Made by a program: the position numbers and the translations under genes
DNA from: Bacteroidetes bacterium UBA1941
GTDB taxonomy: Bacteria > Bacteroidota > Bacteroidia > Chitinophagales > LD1
DNA length: 64,000 bases
NCBI GenBank assembly: GCA_002336805.1
Contig: DDEZ01000002.1
Location: 32,631 to 96,630, forward strand
Reading direction: 5' to 3'
Shown: in pieces, positions 47,685 through 56,743 of the stretch
Position numbering within the stretch: position 1 is the stretch's first letter
How the letters are laid out: every line of letters begins with the position of its first letter
The notes under the pieces: generated by a model
Told to the model about the DNA's origin: nothing
The model's database searches: none
The model's input: only the letters and a program-made list of their open reading frames with translations

Positions 47685-48620
47685 ATGAGGTTTCCCCAGC
47701 CTATACCCGTGAGGGACATAGCACTACAGACAGGAGCAGAGGTCATAGGTGATGCCACAGGCAGCGTAAAGGGTATGAATGAGATACACAATGTGGCTAC
47801 CGGCGATATCACATTTGTGGATCATGAGAAGTACTACAACTTTGTGCTGGCCTCGGCAGCGACTTTTATTTTTATCAATAAGAAAATAGATGTGCCCGCC
47901 GGCAAGACGCTGCTCTATACTTCAGATCCATTCCGCGCATATAATGATCTGGCCATCAGCCAGCGGCCACGCTTGTACAGTGGTGCCAGCGTAGCTGCTA
48001 CCGCACACATAGGAGAGGGCAGCGTGGTCTATCCCAACGCATATATCGGCGACCATGTCACTATAGGGCGCGACTGTATCATTTATCCTAATGTCACGAT
48101 CTACGCCCACTCTGTGATAGGAGACCGTGTGATCATACATGGCAATAGCACAATAGGTGCAGACGCTTTCTACTACAAAGGTCGTGGCACGCACTACGAC
48201 AAGATGCACACCGTAGGGCGCGCTGTGATACACGATGATGTAGAGATAGGCAGCGGCTGTACCATAGATGCGGGTGTCTCTGCAGACACTGTCGTAGGTC
48301 AAGGGACAAAACTCGATAGCCAGGTGCACATAGGTCATGATGCTACAGTGGGCATGCACTGCATACTGTGCGCACAGGTAGGTATAGCGGGCAATGTGCG
48401 CATAGGCAATCACGTGACACTCTATGGCAAGGCTGCACTCAGTAAAAATATCTCTGTAGGAGACAGGGCAGTGCTGCTAGGCAGCAGCGCCTCAGCCAAA
48501 TCTCTCGAAGGTGGCAAGACGTACCTCGGTACGCCTGCCGAGGAGGTGCACAGGGCCTCCAGACAGTTTGCTATGATCAAAATGCTGCCGGATATGTGGG
48601 AGAAACTACGTAAGCTGTAA
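47685..48620 (+). CDS. lpxD: UDP-3-O-acylglucosamine N-acyltransferase
   Basis: 311 aa. It has an N-terminal LpxD domain (IPVRDIALQTGAEVIGD) followed by many hexapeptide left-handed beta-helix repeats. Confidence 0.85.
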   Translation: MRFPQPIPVRDIALQTGAEVIGDATGSVKGMNEIHNVATGDITFVDHEKYYNFVLASAATFIFINKKIDVPAGKTLLYTSDPFRAYNDLAISQRPRLYSGASVAATAHIGEGSVVYPNAYIGDHVTIGRDCIIYPNVTIYAHSVIGDRVIIHGNSTIGADAFYYKGRGTHYDKMHTVGRAVIHDDVEIGSGCTIDAGVSADTVVGQGTKLDSQVHIGHDATVGMHCILCAQVGIAGNVRIGNHVTLYGKAALSKNISVGDRAVLLGSSASAKSLEGGKTYLGTPAEEVHRASRQFAMIKMLPDMWEKLRKL

Positions 48621-48691
48621 ACGTGATTTTAAACTCACAAAAACAATACAATCAATTGATTATCAATTAAATAATTTATCTTATTCGCATA

Positions 48692-48707
48692 TATTCCACG
48701 TGGAAAT
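48692..48707. other. parS-like ParB-binding site (degenerate), 39 nt upstream of the M61 peptidase ATG
   Basis: TATTCCACGTGGAAAT has a 12-bp perfect palindromic core (TTCCACGTGGAA). It matches 11 of the 14 specified positions of TGTTNCACGTGNAACA. Confidence 0.55.
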
Positions 48708-48745
48708 GCAGTTAGCTTTACATATTTATAGCATATAAAACTCCC

Positions 48746-50599
48746 ATGAGAAAATTCTCCCTTCTATTGACCTTGTTTTGCCTTGCTCTCAGCGCCAGGG
48801 CTGCAGACAATGCCTACCACGTGGCACTCGACCTCACTAAGGCTGCAGACCGCAGGCTCAGCGTAGAGGTGATAGCTCCGCAGCTCAGCGAGACAGAGGT
48901 CATCTATAGTCTGCCTAAAATGGTGCCCGGTACTTATTCGATTTATGATTTTGGCCGCTTTGTGGAGGACTTTAAGGCCTTTGACCGCAAGGGAAACTCC
49001 TTGGAGGCTACTCGCATAGATACCAATAGCTGGAAAATAGAGAAAGCAAATCAGTTGGGCAAAATCACGTATCGTGTCCGTGACACCTACCATGCATCCA
49101 AGGAGGACAACCCCATCTTTGAGCCGGCGGGATCTGATTTTCAAAAGGACACCTGCTTTGTGTTGAACTTCCACACGATGATCGGCTACTTCCGCAATCA
49201 CACTAAGCTCTACTATGAGCTCAATATCACGCATGCTCCAAAGTTCTTTGGCAGCACATCTCTGATAGACCGGGACAATAGCGAGACTCAGGATCAATAT
49301 ATCGTGCCCAGCTACAATGCAGTCGTGGACAATCCTGTGATGTACAGCCTCCCTGATACAGCACACTTGAAAATCGGAGAAAGCGACATTCTCATATCAG
49401 TGTATTCACCGGGCAAAAAAGCATCTGCCGCGGGTATAGCGCGTGGCATAGATACAATGCTGCAAGCACAGGGCAAATACCTGGGTGGCAAGCTGCCGGT
49501 CTCTAACTATGCATTTCTCATCTACCTGGCAGATCATGAAGGTCTCACAGGCGGTTATGGCGCGCTTGAGCATTCTTATGGCTCGATGTACTACCTGATA
49601 GATGGCACTAATGAGACGCTCGCCTCTACAGTGCGCAACGTGGCCTCGCATGAATTTTTTCACATCGTGACGCCCCTCAATATCCACTCTAAGGAGATAG
49701 CAAACTTTGATTTTGACAATCCTAAAATGAGTGAACACCTGTGGCTCTATGAAGGCAGTACGGAATACCATGCACATTCGGTACAAGTGCGGTATGGCCT
49801 TATCTCGCAGGAGGAATATCTCTCGGCTATCAGGCAGGCTATGAATGAGGCGCAGTTTGGTTTTAATGATTCACTCTCCTTTACCGAGCTCAGCCTCGGC
49901 GCGCTGGACAAATACAAGGACCAATACACGAATGTCTATGCAAAAGGTGCCCTCATATCAATGTGCCTGGACCTAAAACTTATTAAGGATTCAGAAGGCA
50001 AATACAGGCTCATGGACCTGATCAATGATCTGGCCAAGACCTATGGTAAAGACAAGGCATTTCAGGATGCTGAACTTTTTGACAAGATCTATAGTCTGAC
50101 AAAGCCGGATATCAAGCAGTTTTTTATGGATCATGTAATCGGGGCGAAGCCACTACCCTTTCAGGAGGTACTGGGATATGCAGGGGTAGACTATACCAAG
50201 GCTAAAAAGGAGGCTTCCTATTCTTTTGGCGGCTTCGGAGTAGGCTTCAATCCTGAGACACAACGCCTGGTAGTGAGCAGCCTGAAAAATCTAAATGCTT
50301 TCGGCAAAAACATGGGCTATCAGGAAGGGGATGAGCTACTGTCTGTAAACGGAAAAAAGCTGGCCCCGGCAGAATTTTCAGCCTACAAGGCCGCATGGCT
50401 TAAGACAGTAAAGGACGGAGATAAACTAAAAGTCGTGGTCCTCAGGAAGGGCACCAACGGAAAGACCAAGAAAAAAACCCTCCAGGCCAAAGTCTTCAAG
50501 GCTGAGACAATCACCTTCAATGTGATCAGCTTCTCAAAAACGCCTACGGCTGAACAATTAAAAATAAGAAAGGCCTGGCTGGAAGCCGATAATAAGTAG
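48746..50599 (+). CDS. M61-like zinc metallopeptidase with a C-terminal PDZ domain
   Basis: 617 aa. It has a signal peptide, HEFFH (HExxH) followed by LYEGSTEY, and a C-terminal PDZ-like segment (GDELLSVNGKKL). Confidence 0.75.
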   Translation: MRKFSLLLTLFCLALSARAADNAYHVALDLTKAADRRLSVEVIAPQLSETEVIYSLPKMVPGTYSIYDFGRFVEDFKAFDRKGNSLEATRIDTNSWKIEKANQLGKITYRVRDTYHASKEDNPIFEPAGSDFQKDTCFVLNFHTMIGYFRNHTKLYYELNITHAPKFFGSTSLIDRDNSETQDQYIVPSYNAVVDNPVMYSLPDTAHLKIGESDILISVYSPGKKASAAGIARGIDTMLQAQGKYLGGKLPVSNYAFLIYLADHEGLTGGYGALEHSYGSMYYLIDGTNETLASTVRNVASHEFFHIVTPLNIHSKEIANFDFDNPKMSEHLWLYEGSTEYHAHSVQVRYGLISQEEYLSAIRQAMNEAQFGFNDSLSFTELSLGALDKYKDQYTNVYAKGALISMCLDLKLIKDSEGKYRLMDLINDLAKTYGKDKAFQDAELFDKIYSLTKPDIKQFFMDHVIGAKPLPFQEVLGYAGVDYTKAKKEASYSFGGFGVGFNPETQRLVVSSLKNLNAFGKNMGYQEGDELLSVNGKKLAPAEFSAYKAAWLKTVKDGDKLKVVVLRKGTNGKTKKKTLQAKVFKAETITFNVISFSKTPTAEQLKIRKAWLEADNK

Positions 50600-50628
50600 G
50601 ACAAGGGGTCGCTGTAGTAAAAAATTGA

Positions 50629-50674
50629 TTTTCGACTGGACAGCCTTTCTTGCCAAGTTTTTCGACTGAACAGC
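50629..50674. repeat. direct repeat TTTTCGACTG(G/A)ACAGC, two copies, in the mnmG upstream region
   Basis: TTTTCGACTGGACAGC (50629-50644) and TTTTCGACTGAACAGC (50659-50674) match at 15 of 16 positions and are spaced 30 bp start to start. Confidence 0.6.
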
Positions 50675-50789
50675 GCTATCCAGATATTTTTACACACTAT
50701 GTGATCTGGGTAATTGTGTATATGTTGGTAAGCGCTTCAAATTGAGTATGGGTGCGGTATTCAGATACACACGAGGTAGATGATAAATT

Positions 50790-50805
50790 TGTTCCACGTG
50801 GAACA
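50790..50805. other. parS site (perfect palindrome)
   Basis: TGTTCCACGTGGAACA is embedded in a 22-bp perfect palindrome, ATTTGTTCCACGTGGAACAAAT (50787-50808). It lies in the intergenic region upstream of mnmG. Confidence 0.85.
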
Positions 50806-50838
50806 AATGCACCCTAAACACAGCTTACCCCCTTACAT

Positions 50839-50854
50839 TGTTCCACGTGGAACA
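50839..50854. other. parS site (perfect palindrome)
   Basis: TGTTCCACGTGGAACA lies 49 bp centre-to-centre from the first copy and 66 nt upstream of the mnmG ATG. Confidence 0.85.
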
Positions 50855-50903
50855 CTGCCAGACCCAAATATTGTTATATCCAAGCTCTGTCGTTTGTATT
50901 AGC

Positions 50904-50911
50904 TAATTTTG
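50904..50911 (+). promoter_or_regulatory. candidate Bacteroidota -7 promoter box upstream of mnmG
   Basis: TAATTTTG lies only 8 nt before the ATG, so it would imply a nearly leaderless mRNA. This is weak. Confidence 0.25.
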
Positions 50912-50919
50912 CAGTTCCG

Positions 50920-52782
50920 ATGTTTAAGAAATATGATGTAATAGTAGTAGGGGCAGGACATGCTGGCTGTGAAGCCGCAGCCGCAGCCGCCAATATGGGC
51001 TCCAGCGTACTCTTAGTAACTATGAATATGCAGACCATAGCACAGATGAGCTGCAACCCCGCCATGGGTGGTATAGCCAAGGGGCAGATCGTGCGCGAAA
51101 TTGATGCCCTCGGCGGCTATTCGGGTATAGTGTCCGACAAAAGCATGATCCAGTTCCGAATGCTCAATCGCTCGAAGGGACCTGCAATGTGGAGCCCACG
51201 CACCCAGAATGACCGCATGCTCTTTGCTGCAGAGTGGCGCAAAATGCTGGAGCAAACCCCTAATGTGGACTTCTGGCAGGACATGGTAGCCGGACTTATC
51301 GTGAAAAACGGAGTGGTAAAGGGAATCCGGACATCTATGGGCATGGATATAGAATCAAGCTCCGTAGTCCTGACTAATGGCACATTCCTGAACGGCCTTA
51401 TCCATATAGGAGAGAAGCATTTTGGTGGTGGTAGGGCCGGAGAGAAGGCCGCCACGGGCATTACAGAACAGCTTATTGAGCTAGGATTTGAGGCTGGTAG
51501 GATGAAAACCGGCACCCCGCCTCGAATAGATGGTAGAAGCCTGGACTACACCCGCATGGAAGTGCAGGACGGCGACGAGGAGATCTCTAGCTTCTCATAC
51601 AAGGATATTCCAAAGCCCAGCACCCAACGCTGCTGCTGGATCACACACACCAATAGCCAGGTTCATGAGATCCTGAAGACAGGTTTTGACAAATCCCCCA
51701 TGTTCACGGGACGCATCCAGGGTCTCGGGCCAAGATACTGCCCATCTGTAGAAGACAAAATCAATCGTTTTGCCGAGAAGGATTCACACCAGCTCTTTGT
51801 AGAGCCGGAGGGCTGGGACACAGTAGAGATCTATGTAAATGGCTTCTCCACCTCTCTCCCGGAGGACATTCAATACAAAGCTCTTCGGGCAGTACCGGGA
51901 TTTGAGAATATGCGCATGTTCCGCCCTGGATATGCCATAGAGTACGACTATTTTCCGCCTACACAGCTCACCAATACACTGGAAACAAAGCTGGTCAAAA
52001 ACCTCTTTTTCGCAGGCCAGATCAATGGCACTACAGGCTATGAAGAGGCGGCCTGCCAGGGCCTCATGGCCGGCATCAACGCCCATAATGCCGCCAAAGA
52101 CCAGGCTCCACTCATTCTGAGGAGAAACGATGCCTATATAGGCGTCCTTATAGACGACCTTATCAATAAAGGCACCGAGGAGCCATACAGGATGTTTACG
52201 AGTCGGGCGGAATATCGCATTCTGCTCCGTCAGGACAATGCAGATCTGCGCCTGACAGAGCTGGGACATACAATTGGACTAGCGGACGACGATCGCATGG
52301 CAGCTCTGAATAGTAAAAAGGAGGCTATCAAAGCGATTTCAGAGTTCGTAAGAAGCTATAGTGTAGGCCCAGAAGAGCTCAACAGTAGCCTGACAGCGAT
52401 AGGAAGTGCTGAAATGAAACAAAAAATGAAGCTTGATAAAGTGCTGGCGCGTCCTCATGTAGGCCTTCCGATGCTTGCCGCAGCTGTACCAGCCCTGAGA
52501 GACCTGCTCTCCCGCTATAGCAAAGATGTAATCGAATCAGCCGAAATAGAGCTCAAATACGAGGGCTATATAGAGAAAGAAACTGATATAGCTAGCCGCA
52601 TGAGCCGCCTTGAGGATATTAAATTGGAAACAGATTTTGACTACAACCAGCTTAAATCCCTGTCGATAGAGGCCCGTCAGAAGCTAAGCAGGATCAAACC
52701 GACATCCCTGGGCCAGGCGCAGCGTATCAGCGGCGTCTCCCCTTCAGATATTGCCGTGCTCATGGTACACATGGGCCGCTAA
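50920..52782 (+). CDS. mnmG: tRNA uridine 5-carboxymethylaminomethyl modification enzyme MnmG (GidA)
   Basis: 620 aa with YDVIVVGAGHAGCEAA, SCNPAMGGIAKGQIVREIDALGG and GQINGTTGYEEAA. Confidence 0.97.
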   Translation: MFKKYDVIVVGAGHAGCEAAAAAANMGSSVLLVTMNMQTIAQMSCNPAMGGIAKGQIVREIDALGGYSGIVSDKSMIQFRMLNRSKGPAMWSPRTQNDRMLFAAEWRKMLEQTPNVDFWQDMVAGLIVKNGVVKGIRTSMGMDIESSSVVLTNGTFLNGLIHIGEKHFGGGRAGEKAATGITEQLIELGFEAGRMKTGTPPRIDGRSLDYTRMEVQDGDEEISSFSYKDIPKPSTQRCCWITHTNSQVHEILKTGFDKSPMFTGRIQGLGPRYCPSVEDKINRFAEKDSHQLFVEPEGWDTVEIYVNGFSTSLPEDIQYKALRAVPGFENMRMFRPGYAIEYDYFPPTQLTNTLETKLVKNLFFAGQINGTTGYEEAACQGLMAGINAHNAAKDQAPLILRRNDAYIGVLIDDLINKGTEEPYRMFTSRAEYRILLRQDNADLRLTELGHTIGLADDDRMAALNSKKEAIKAISEFVRSYSVGPEELNSSLTAIGSAEMKQKMKLDKVLARPHVGLPMLAAAVPALRDLLSRYSKDVIESAEIELKYEGYIEKETDIASRMSRLEDIKLETDFDYNQLKSLSIEARQKLSRIKPTSLGQAQRISGVSPSDIAVLMVHMGR

Positions 52783-52791
52783 ACATACTAT

Positions 52792-54495
52792 ATGCTTCAA
52801 TTTTCATCATACCTAACGCTGTCAAAGCGCCTAACACAGGCGTGTGCCATAGCTATATTTCTATTCATTTCTTCCTGCGCAAACGAGGCACCACCCACCG
52901 GAGGCAAGAAAGATATAAAGCCTCCTAAGATCAAATACTCAAGTCCCGCCAATAAATCCCTCAACTTTCATGGTAGCCAGATCAAGATCAGATTTGACGA
53001 ATACATCGTACAAAGCCTGGATCCAAGCGAAATAATCGTGTCTCCACCACTAAGCAAAAACGCAAAATATCTGGTAAATGGGAAAAACCTGATCATAAAA
53101 CTACCTCCACCGCTCAAGGACAGCACGACCTACACCATCAATTTTGGTGACGCTATCAAGGATAATAATGAAAACAACGTTCTTAAAAATTTCACCTTCG
53201 TTTTTGCCACAGGCAATGCACTGGACTCCGCATCCATATCCGGACATGTCGTGAATATAAAAGAGCCGACCAAAACAGAAGATCTGATCGTCGCACTGTA
53301 TCCGGCCGATAGCATGGCAGGAATACTACATTCAAAACCTTATTACTTTGCCCAAACGGATAAGACAGGTGCCTTCAAAATTGAAAACATTCATGCAGGA
53401 GCCTATCGCTTGTATGGACTGAAAGATGAAAACCTAAACTATATCTACGATCAGGCATCCGAGCTCGTAGGCTTCAGCGACACGCTAATTACACTCAGCG
53501 ATAGCAGCAAGGCCAATGCCGACGTAATAGTCTTCGAGTCCAGAACAGCCAGACCAAAATTTGCAGATGCAGTGCCCACTGGCCCGGGATCCATTATGAT
53601 TTCTTATAATGCTCCAATCAAAACGTTAAAATTGGATGCCGATATTCTGAAATCCGGAGACCTGATGGAGGTAAAAGCATCAAAAGACAGTATTATATAT
53701 TGGTTTTCTGATGTTTATGCATTAAAGACCAAATTAATTTTATCTGCGAATGATAGCATCACTGATACAGCGAGAGTAGAATTAAAATACCTCACCAAGG
53801 ACACAATAGGTGAAAAAAAACTGTATGCATTAAAATTTGAACAACAAGACATTAAGAGGGATTCAACGCGTCAAAATGCCAATTCCAGACCAATGCGAAG
53901 CCCTTTTAAACCGATTATTCTGAATCTATCAAGGCCTGTAGTCAGTCTGGACTCAAACAAACGGGTTTATATTCTCAATGATTCGACAAAAAAAGCGGAC
54001 ACCATACGCTATGCGATCGGAGCTGAAACAAAACGTGACTTTCATCCCGAGTTTCCACAGACTCCAGGCATGCCATATTCTCTTGTCATCCCCGACTCGA
54101 CACTCAGAGATCAGTGGGGCTGGTGGAATAAGAAATTAGTCTACTCCTGGCAGACAGACAACGTAGACAATTTTGGAAATATCCTACTCACCATGCACTT
54201 CGATCATCCCGAAAAATACTACATCTTCAAAATCCTCGATGACCAGCAAAATCCGGTGGCAGCATTCTACTATGTAGGCAATCAGGAAAGAAAGGTAACC
54301 CTGAAAAATATCGCGGCGGGCAACTACCACCTGCAGGCTATAGAAGATGCCAATAAAAATGGAGAATGGGACACAGGCGATATCATTAAAATGCTTCAGC
54401 CGGAGAAGATCATCAACTTCAAAGATGTGTATACACTCAAGGGCAATTGGGACCTCGAGATAGAAGTAAAAATACAAGATCAAGTCACTCGGTGA
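52792..54495 (+). CDS. lipoprotein with an N-terminal Ig-like (SbsA-type) domain
   Basis: It has a lipoprotein signal (IFLFISSC), then PPTGGKKDIKPPKI...IKIRFDEYI, typical of Big-like lipoproteins. Function is unknown, and the gene is visibly more AT-rich than its neighbours. Confidence 0.55.
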   Translation: MLQFSSYLTLSKRLTQACAIAIFLFISSCANEAPPTGGKKDIKPPKIKYSSPANKSLNFHGSQIKIRFDEYIVQSLDPSEIIVSPPLSKNAKYLVNGKNLIIKLPPPLKDSTTYTINFGDAIKDNNENNVLKNFTFVFATGNALDSASISGHVVNIKEPTKTEDLIVALYPADSMAGILHSKPYYFAQTDKTGAFKIENIHAGAYRLYGLKDENLNYIYDQASELVGFSDTLITLSDSSKANADVIVFESRTARPKFADAVPTGPGSIMISYNAPIKTLKLDADILKSGDLMEVKASKDSIIYWFSDVYALKTKLILSANDSITDTARVELKYLTKDTIGEKKLYALKFEQQDIKRDSTRQNANSRPMRSPFKPIILNLSRPVVSLDSNKRVYILNDSTKKADTIRYAIGAETKRDFHPEFPQTPGMPYSLVIPDSTLRDQWGWWNKKLVYSWQTDNVDNFGNILLTMHFDHPEKYYIFKILDDQQNPVAAFYYVGNQERKVTLKNIAAGNYHLQAIEDANKNGEWDTGDIIKMLQPEKIINFKDVYTLKGNWDLEIEVKIQDQVTR

Positions 54496-55615
54496 TAGCC
54501 ACCTTGCTTACCAGTCGCTTGACACCGTCACTTAGCTGAAGGGTATATACACCTGTAGCAAAGCCCGCGGTACTCAGTGTAGTCTGCCCCGTGAAACTTC
54601 CATTGTAGACGACTCTGCCGGTCACATCAGATATTGAGAGGCTCCCTGCAGGCATTCCATCCGTTTCCACGTGGAGCATACCGTTAGCTGGATTAGGATA
54701 CACGCGCAGCACATCAGCGTTGATATCAGCTATAGCATTGGGTGCCTGTGGTTCCCACTTATAGCGACGAAAGAAGTTCCAGATCTCGAGCGCATAATTT
54801 ATATCATACCCGGATGGTCCGAGCCACTGATGCTGGCCACCTATCACCTTGTAAAACTCGACATCGGAGCCATAGGCACCATTAGGATAGGTGTAGTGTA
54901 TGACGCGGAGCGAGTTGCTGGTAGTATGCGCTATAGAATCAATGATAGCAGCGGTATCGCACTGATCATGGCCACGCCAGTACGAGACCAGCGCTTCGGC
55001 ATCATTGCCATATGTATTGCCGGAGTATGCTACAGTCTGATCTGCCGTACCGTGAAAGTGGCAAGCCGGTACTACGCGTGCAGGATGGCAAGAGATACCA
55101 TTGCCGATGGTGCCAGACACAGAGGCAATAGCTGCGATACGGTTGTTAAGTTCACAGCCCAGCCTATTGGTCATAAACCCGCCCATAGAGAAACCTGTAG
55201 AGTAGAGGCGGGTCTGATCTACATTATACCTGCTGGATACGGTATCCATTAGAGCATTGAGAAAGCCAACATCATTTACACTCGGATTGAGCGTGATACC
55301 AAAAGCACCCGCACCACTATTCCAGGCAGTAGACCCAGTGAGCTGATTATCTACCAATGCCTGAGGAATAGCAAAGATGAAATTGGCGGTATCAGCTACA
55401 TCTTCAAATCTCACACCAGCAAAATTATTCATATCGTCTCCAAGGCCATGCAGGGCAAGCACGAGCGGTACAGCCTGTGAGCCATCATAAGACGGGGGCA
55501 CGTACAACAGGTATTGCCTCATCACACCATCAAAATTAAAACTATCAGTCAGGTACTGCGCCCTTGTACTTACTACAGAGGCCGCCAAAAGAATAAGCAG
55601 GTAGAATTTCTTCAT
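54485..55615 (-). CDS. secreted alpha/beta-hydrolase esterase (PHB-depolymerase/feruloyl-esterase-like) with a T9SS C-terminal domain
   Basis: It has a signal peptide, LVLALHGLGDD, a nucleophile elbow (GFSMGG), and the C-terminus LRVYPNPANGMLHVE...GVYTLQLSDGVKRLVSKVAITE. Confidence 0.75.
   Translation of the reverse strand: MKKFYLLILLAASVVSTRAQYLTDSFNFDGVMRQYLLYVPPSYDGSQAVPLVLALHGLGDDMNNFAGVRFEDVADTANFIFAIPQALVDNQLTGSTAWNSGAGAFGITLNPSVNDVGFLNALMDTVSSRYNVDQTRLYSTGFSMGGFMTNRLGCELNNRIAAIASVSGTIGNGISCHPARVVPACHFHGTADQTVAYSGNTYGNDAEALVSYWRGHDQCDTAAIIDSIAHTTSNSLRVIHYTYPNGAYGSDVEFYKVIGGQHQWLGPSGYDINYALEIWNFFRRYKWEPQAPNAIADINADVLRVYPNPANGMLHVETDGMPAGSLSISDVTGRVVYNGSFTGQTTLSTAGFATGVYTLQLSDGVKRLVSKVAITE
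54663..54678. other. parS-like site (degenerate), inside the esterase gene
   Basis: GTTTCCACGTGGAGCA has the 10-bp core TCCACGTGGA and matches 11 of 14 specified consensus positions. Confidence 0.4.
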
Positions 55616-55772
55616 TGCGATCGGATATGTTTATGCTCTAATCTAAATCATCTCATGAACGCGGCGAGAGGAAACTGCCAAACGTAACAGGAAAATCGGT
55701 GAAAGCGCGATAAGAGCATCCGCTCCTTATATGTTTCGGGCCATCTTCATCACTAGAAATTCCTACTCTTGA

Positions 55773-55788
55773 TGTTCCACGTAGAAAA
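55773..55788. other. parS-like site (degenerate), in the divergent intergenic region upstream of the SDR gene
   Basis: TGTTCCACGTAGAAAA has a perfect left half-site and matches 12 of 14 specified positions. Confidence 0.45.
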
Positions 55789-55817
55789 CGCATAAACCCT
55801 TAGACTCAGCTACCCAT

Positions 55818-56663
55818 ATGACACAAGACAGAACAATACTCATATCAGGTGCCTCGTCCGGCATAGGCCTGGCCACAGCAGAGGCGCTCGCAACACAGGG
55901 TGCCAGACTTATCCTCACTGCCCGCAGCACAGAAAAGCTGAAGGAAGCCAGCCAACTGATCACAAGCAAGACAGGCAACAAAAATATAAGCCACCACACC
56001 GTAGACCTGTCATCACAAAGCTCGATTAGATCCCTGGCCACGCAGATCAAAAACACCTATGAAAAAATAGATGTACTGATCAATAATGCGGGTGGCGTAT
56101 TCCCCGAGTTCAAGCTGAGCGCAGACGGTCTGGAGATGACCATTGCCACCAATCACTTCTCACAATTTCTGCTCACAAATCAGCTACTCGACCTCCTCAA
56201 AAGATCAGAAGCTGCACGCATCGTAAATGTCTCCTCAGACTCTCATTACAATGGGAAAATAGACTTTGAATCCTTCCAGAAAAATAAGGGCTACTTTATC
56301 ATGAAAGCCTACGCGCAGAGTAAACTGGCTAATGTCCTTTTCACTCAAGAGCTGGCAGAGCGCCTGGCAGGCACTCCGATCACAGCCAATAGCCTCCACC
56401 CCGGATTTGTAAAGACCAATATCGGCAATAAAGACACCAGCTGGTATGCGAGTGCCGTATGGTCGCTCATCACAGCCATCGGCGCTATCAGTGTAGAGAA
56501 AGGCGCAGAGACATCAGTATATCTCGCCTCTTCACCCGAGGTACAGGACATCACCGGCAAGTACTATAACAAATGCAAGGAAAAGACACCGGGCAAGCAG
56601 ACTTTTGATAAGGCGCTTCAGAAGGAACTCTGGCGCATCAGCGAGCAGCTATGCCCCATTTAA
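55818..56663 (+). CDS. short-chain dehydrogenase/reductase (SDR) family oxidoreductase
   Basis: 281 aa with ISGASSGIGLATA (TGxxxGxG-type), NNAG and YAQSK (YxxxK). Confidence 0.9.
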   Translation: MTQDRTILISGASSGIGLATAEALATQGARLILTARSTEKLKEASQLITSKTGNKNISHHTVDLSSQSSIRSLATQIKNTYEKIDVLINNAGGVFPEFKLSADGLEMTIATNHFSQFLLTNQLLDLLKRSEAARIVNVSSDSHYNGKIDFESFQKNKGYFIMKAYAQSKLANVLFTQELAERLAGTPITANSLHPGFVKTNIGNKDTSWYASAVWSLITAIGAISVEKGAETSVYLASSPEVQDITGKYYNKCKEKTPGKQTFDKALQKELWRISEQLCPI

Positions 56664-56743
56664 TCCACTTAGTGTTAAGCATCTGTAAAGCCATTACCTA
56701 GCTAATCAATTTCTTTGCACCTTTGCCATCCACCTGATAGGCA

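Noticed and set aside
48694-48705. The TTCCACGTGGAA palindromes as operators of a transcription factor, a REP-like element, or a restriction site (CACGTG).
   Set aside because: The full 16-bp context matches the ParB parS consensus, including two known perfect variants. Copies occur inside coding regions in different frames. This fits centromere sites better than promoter operators or mobile repeats.
50600-50919. The mnmG upstream spacer as a canonical oriC with a DnaA-box array.
   Set aside because: I could not find any 9-mer within one mismatch of TTATCCACA or TGTGGATAA here or in the neighbouring spacers. The CCAC-containing repeats are explained better as parS. The idea is kept only as a low-confidence hypothesis in the findings.
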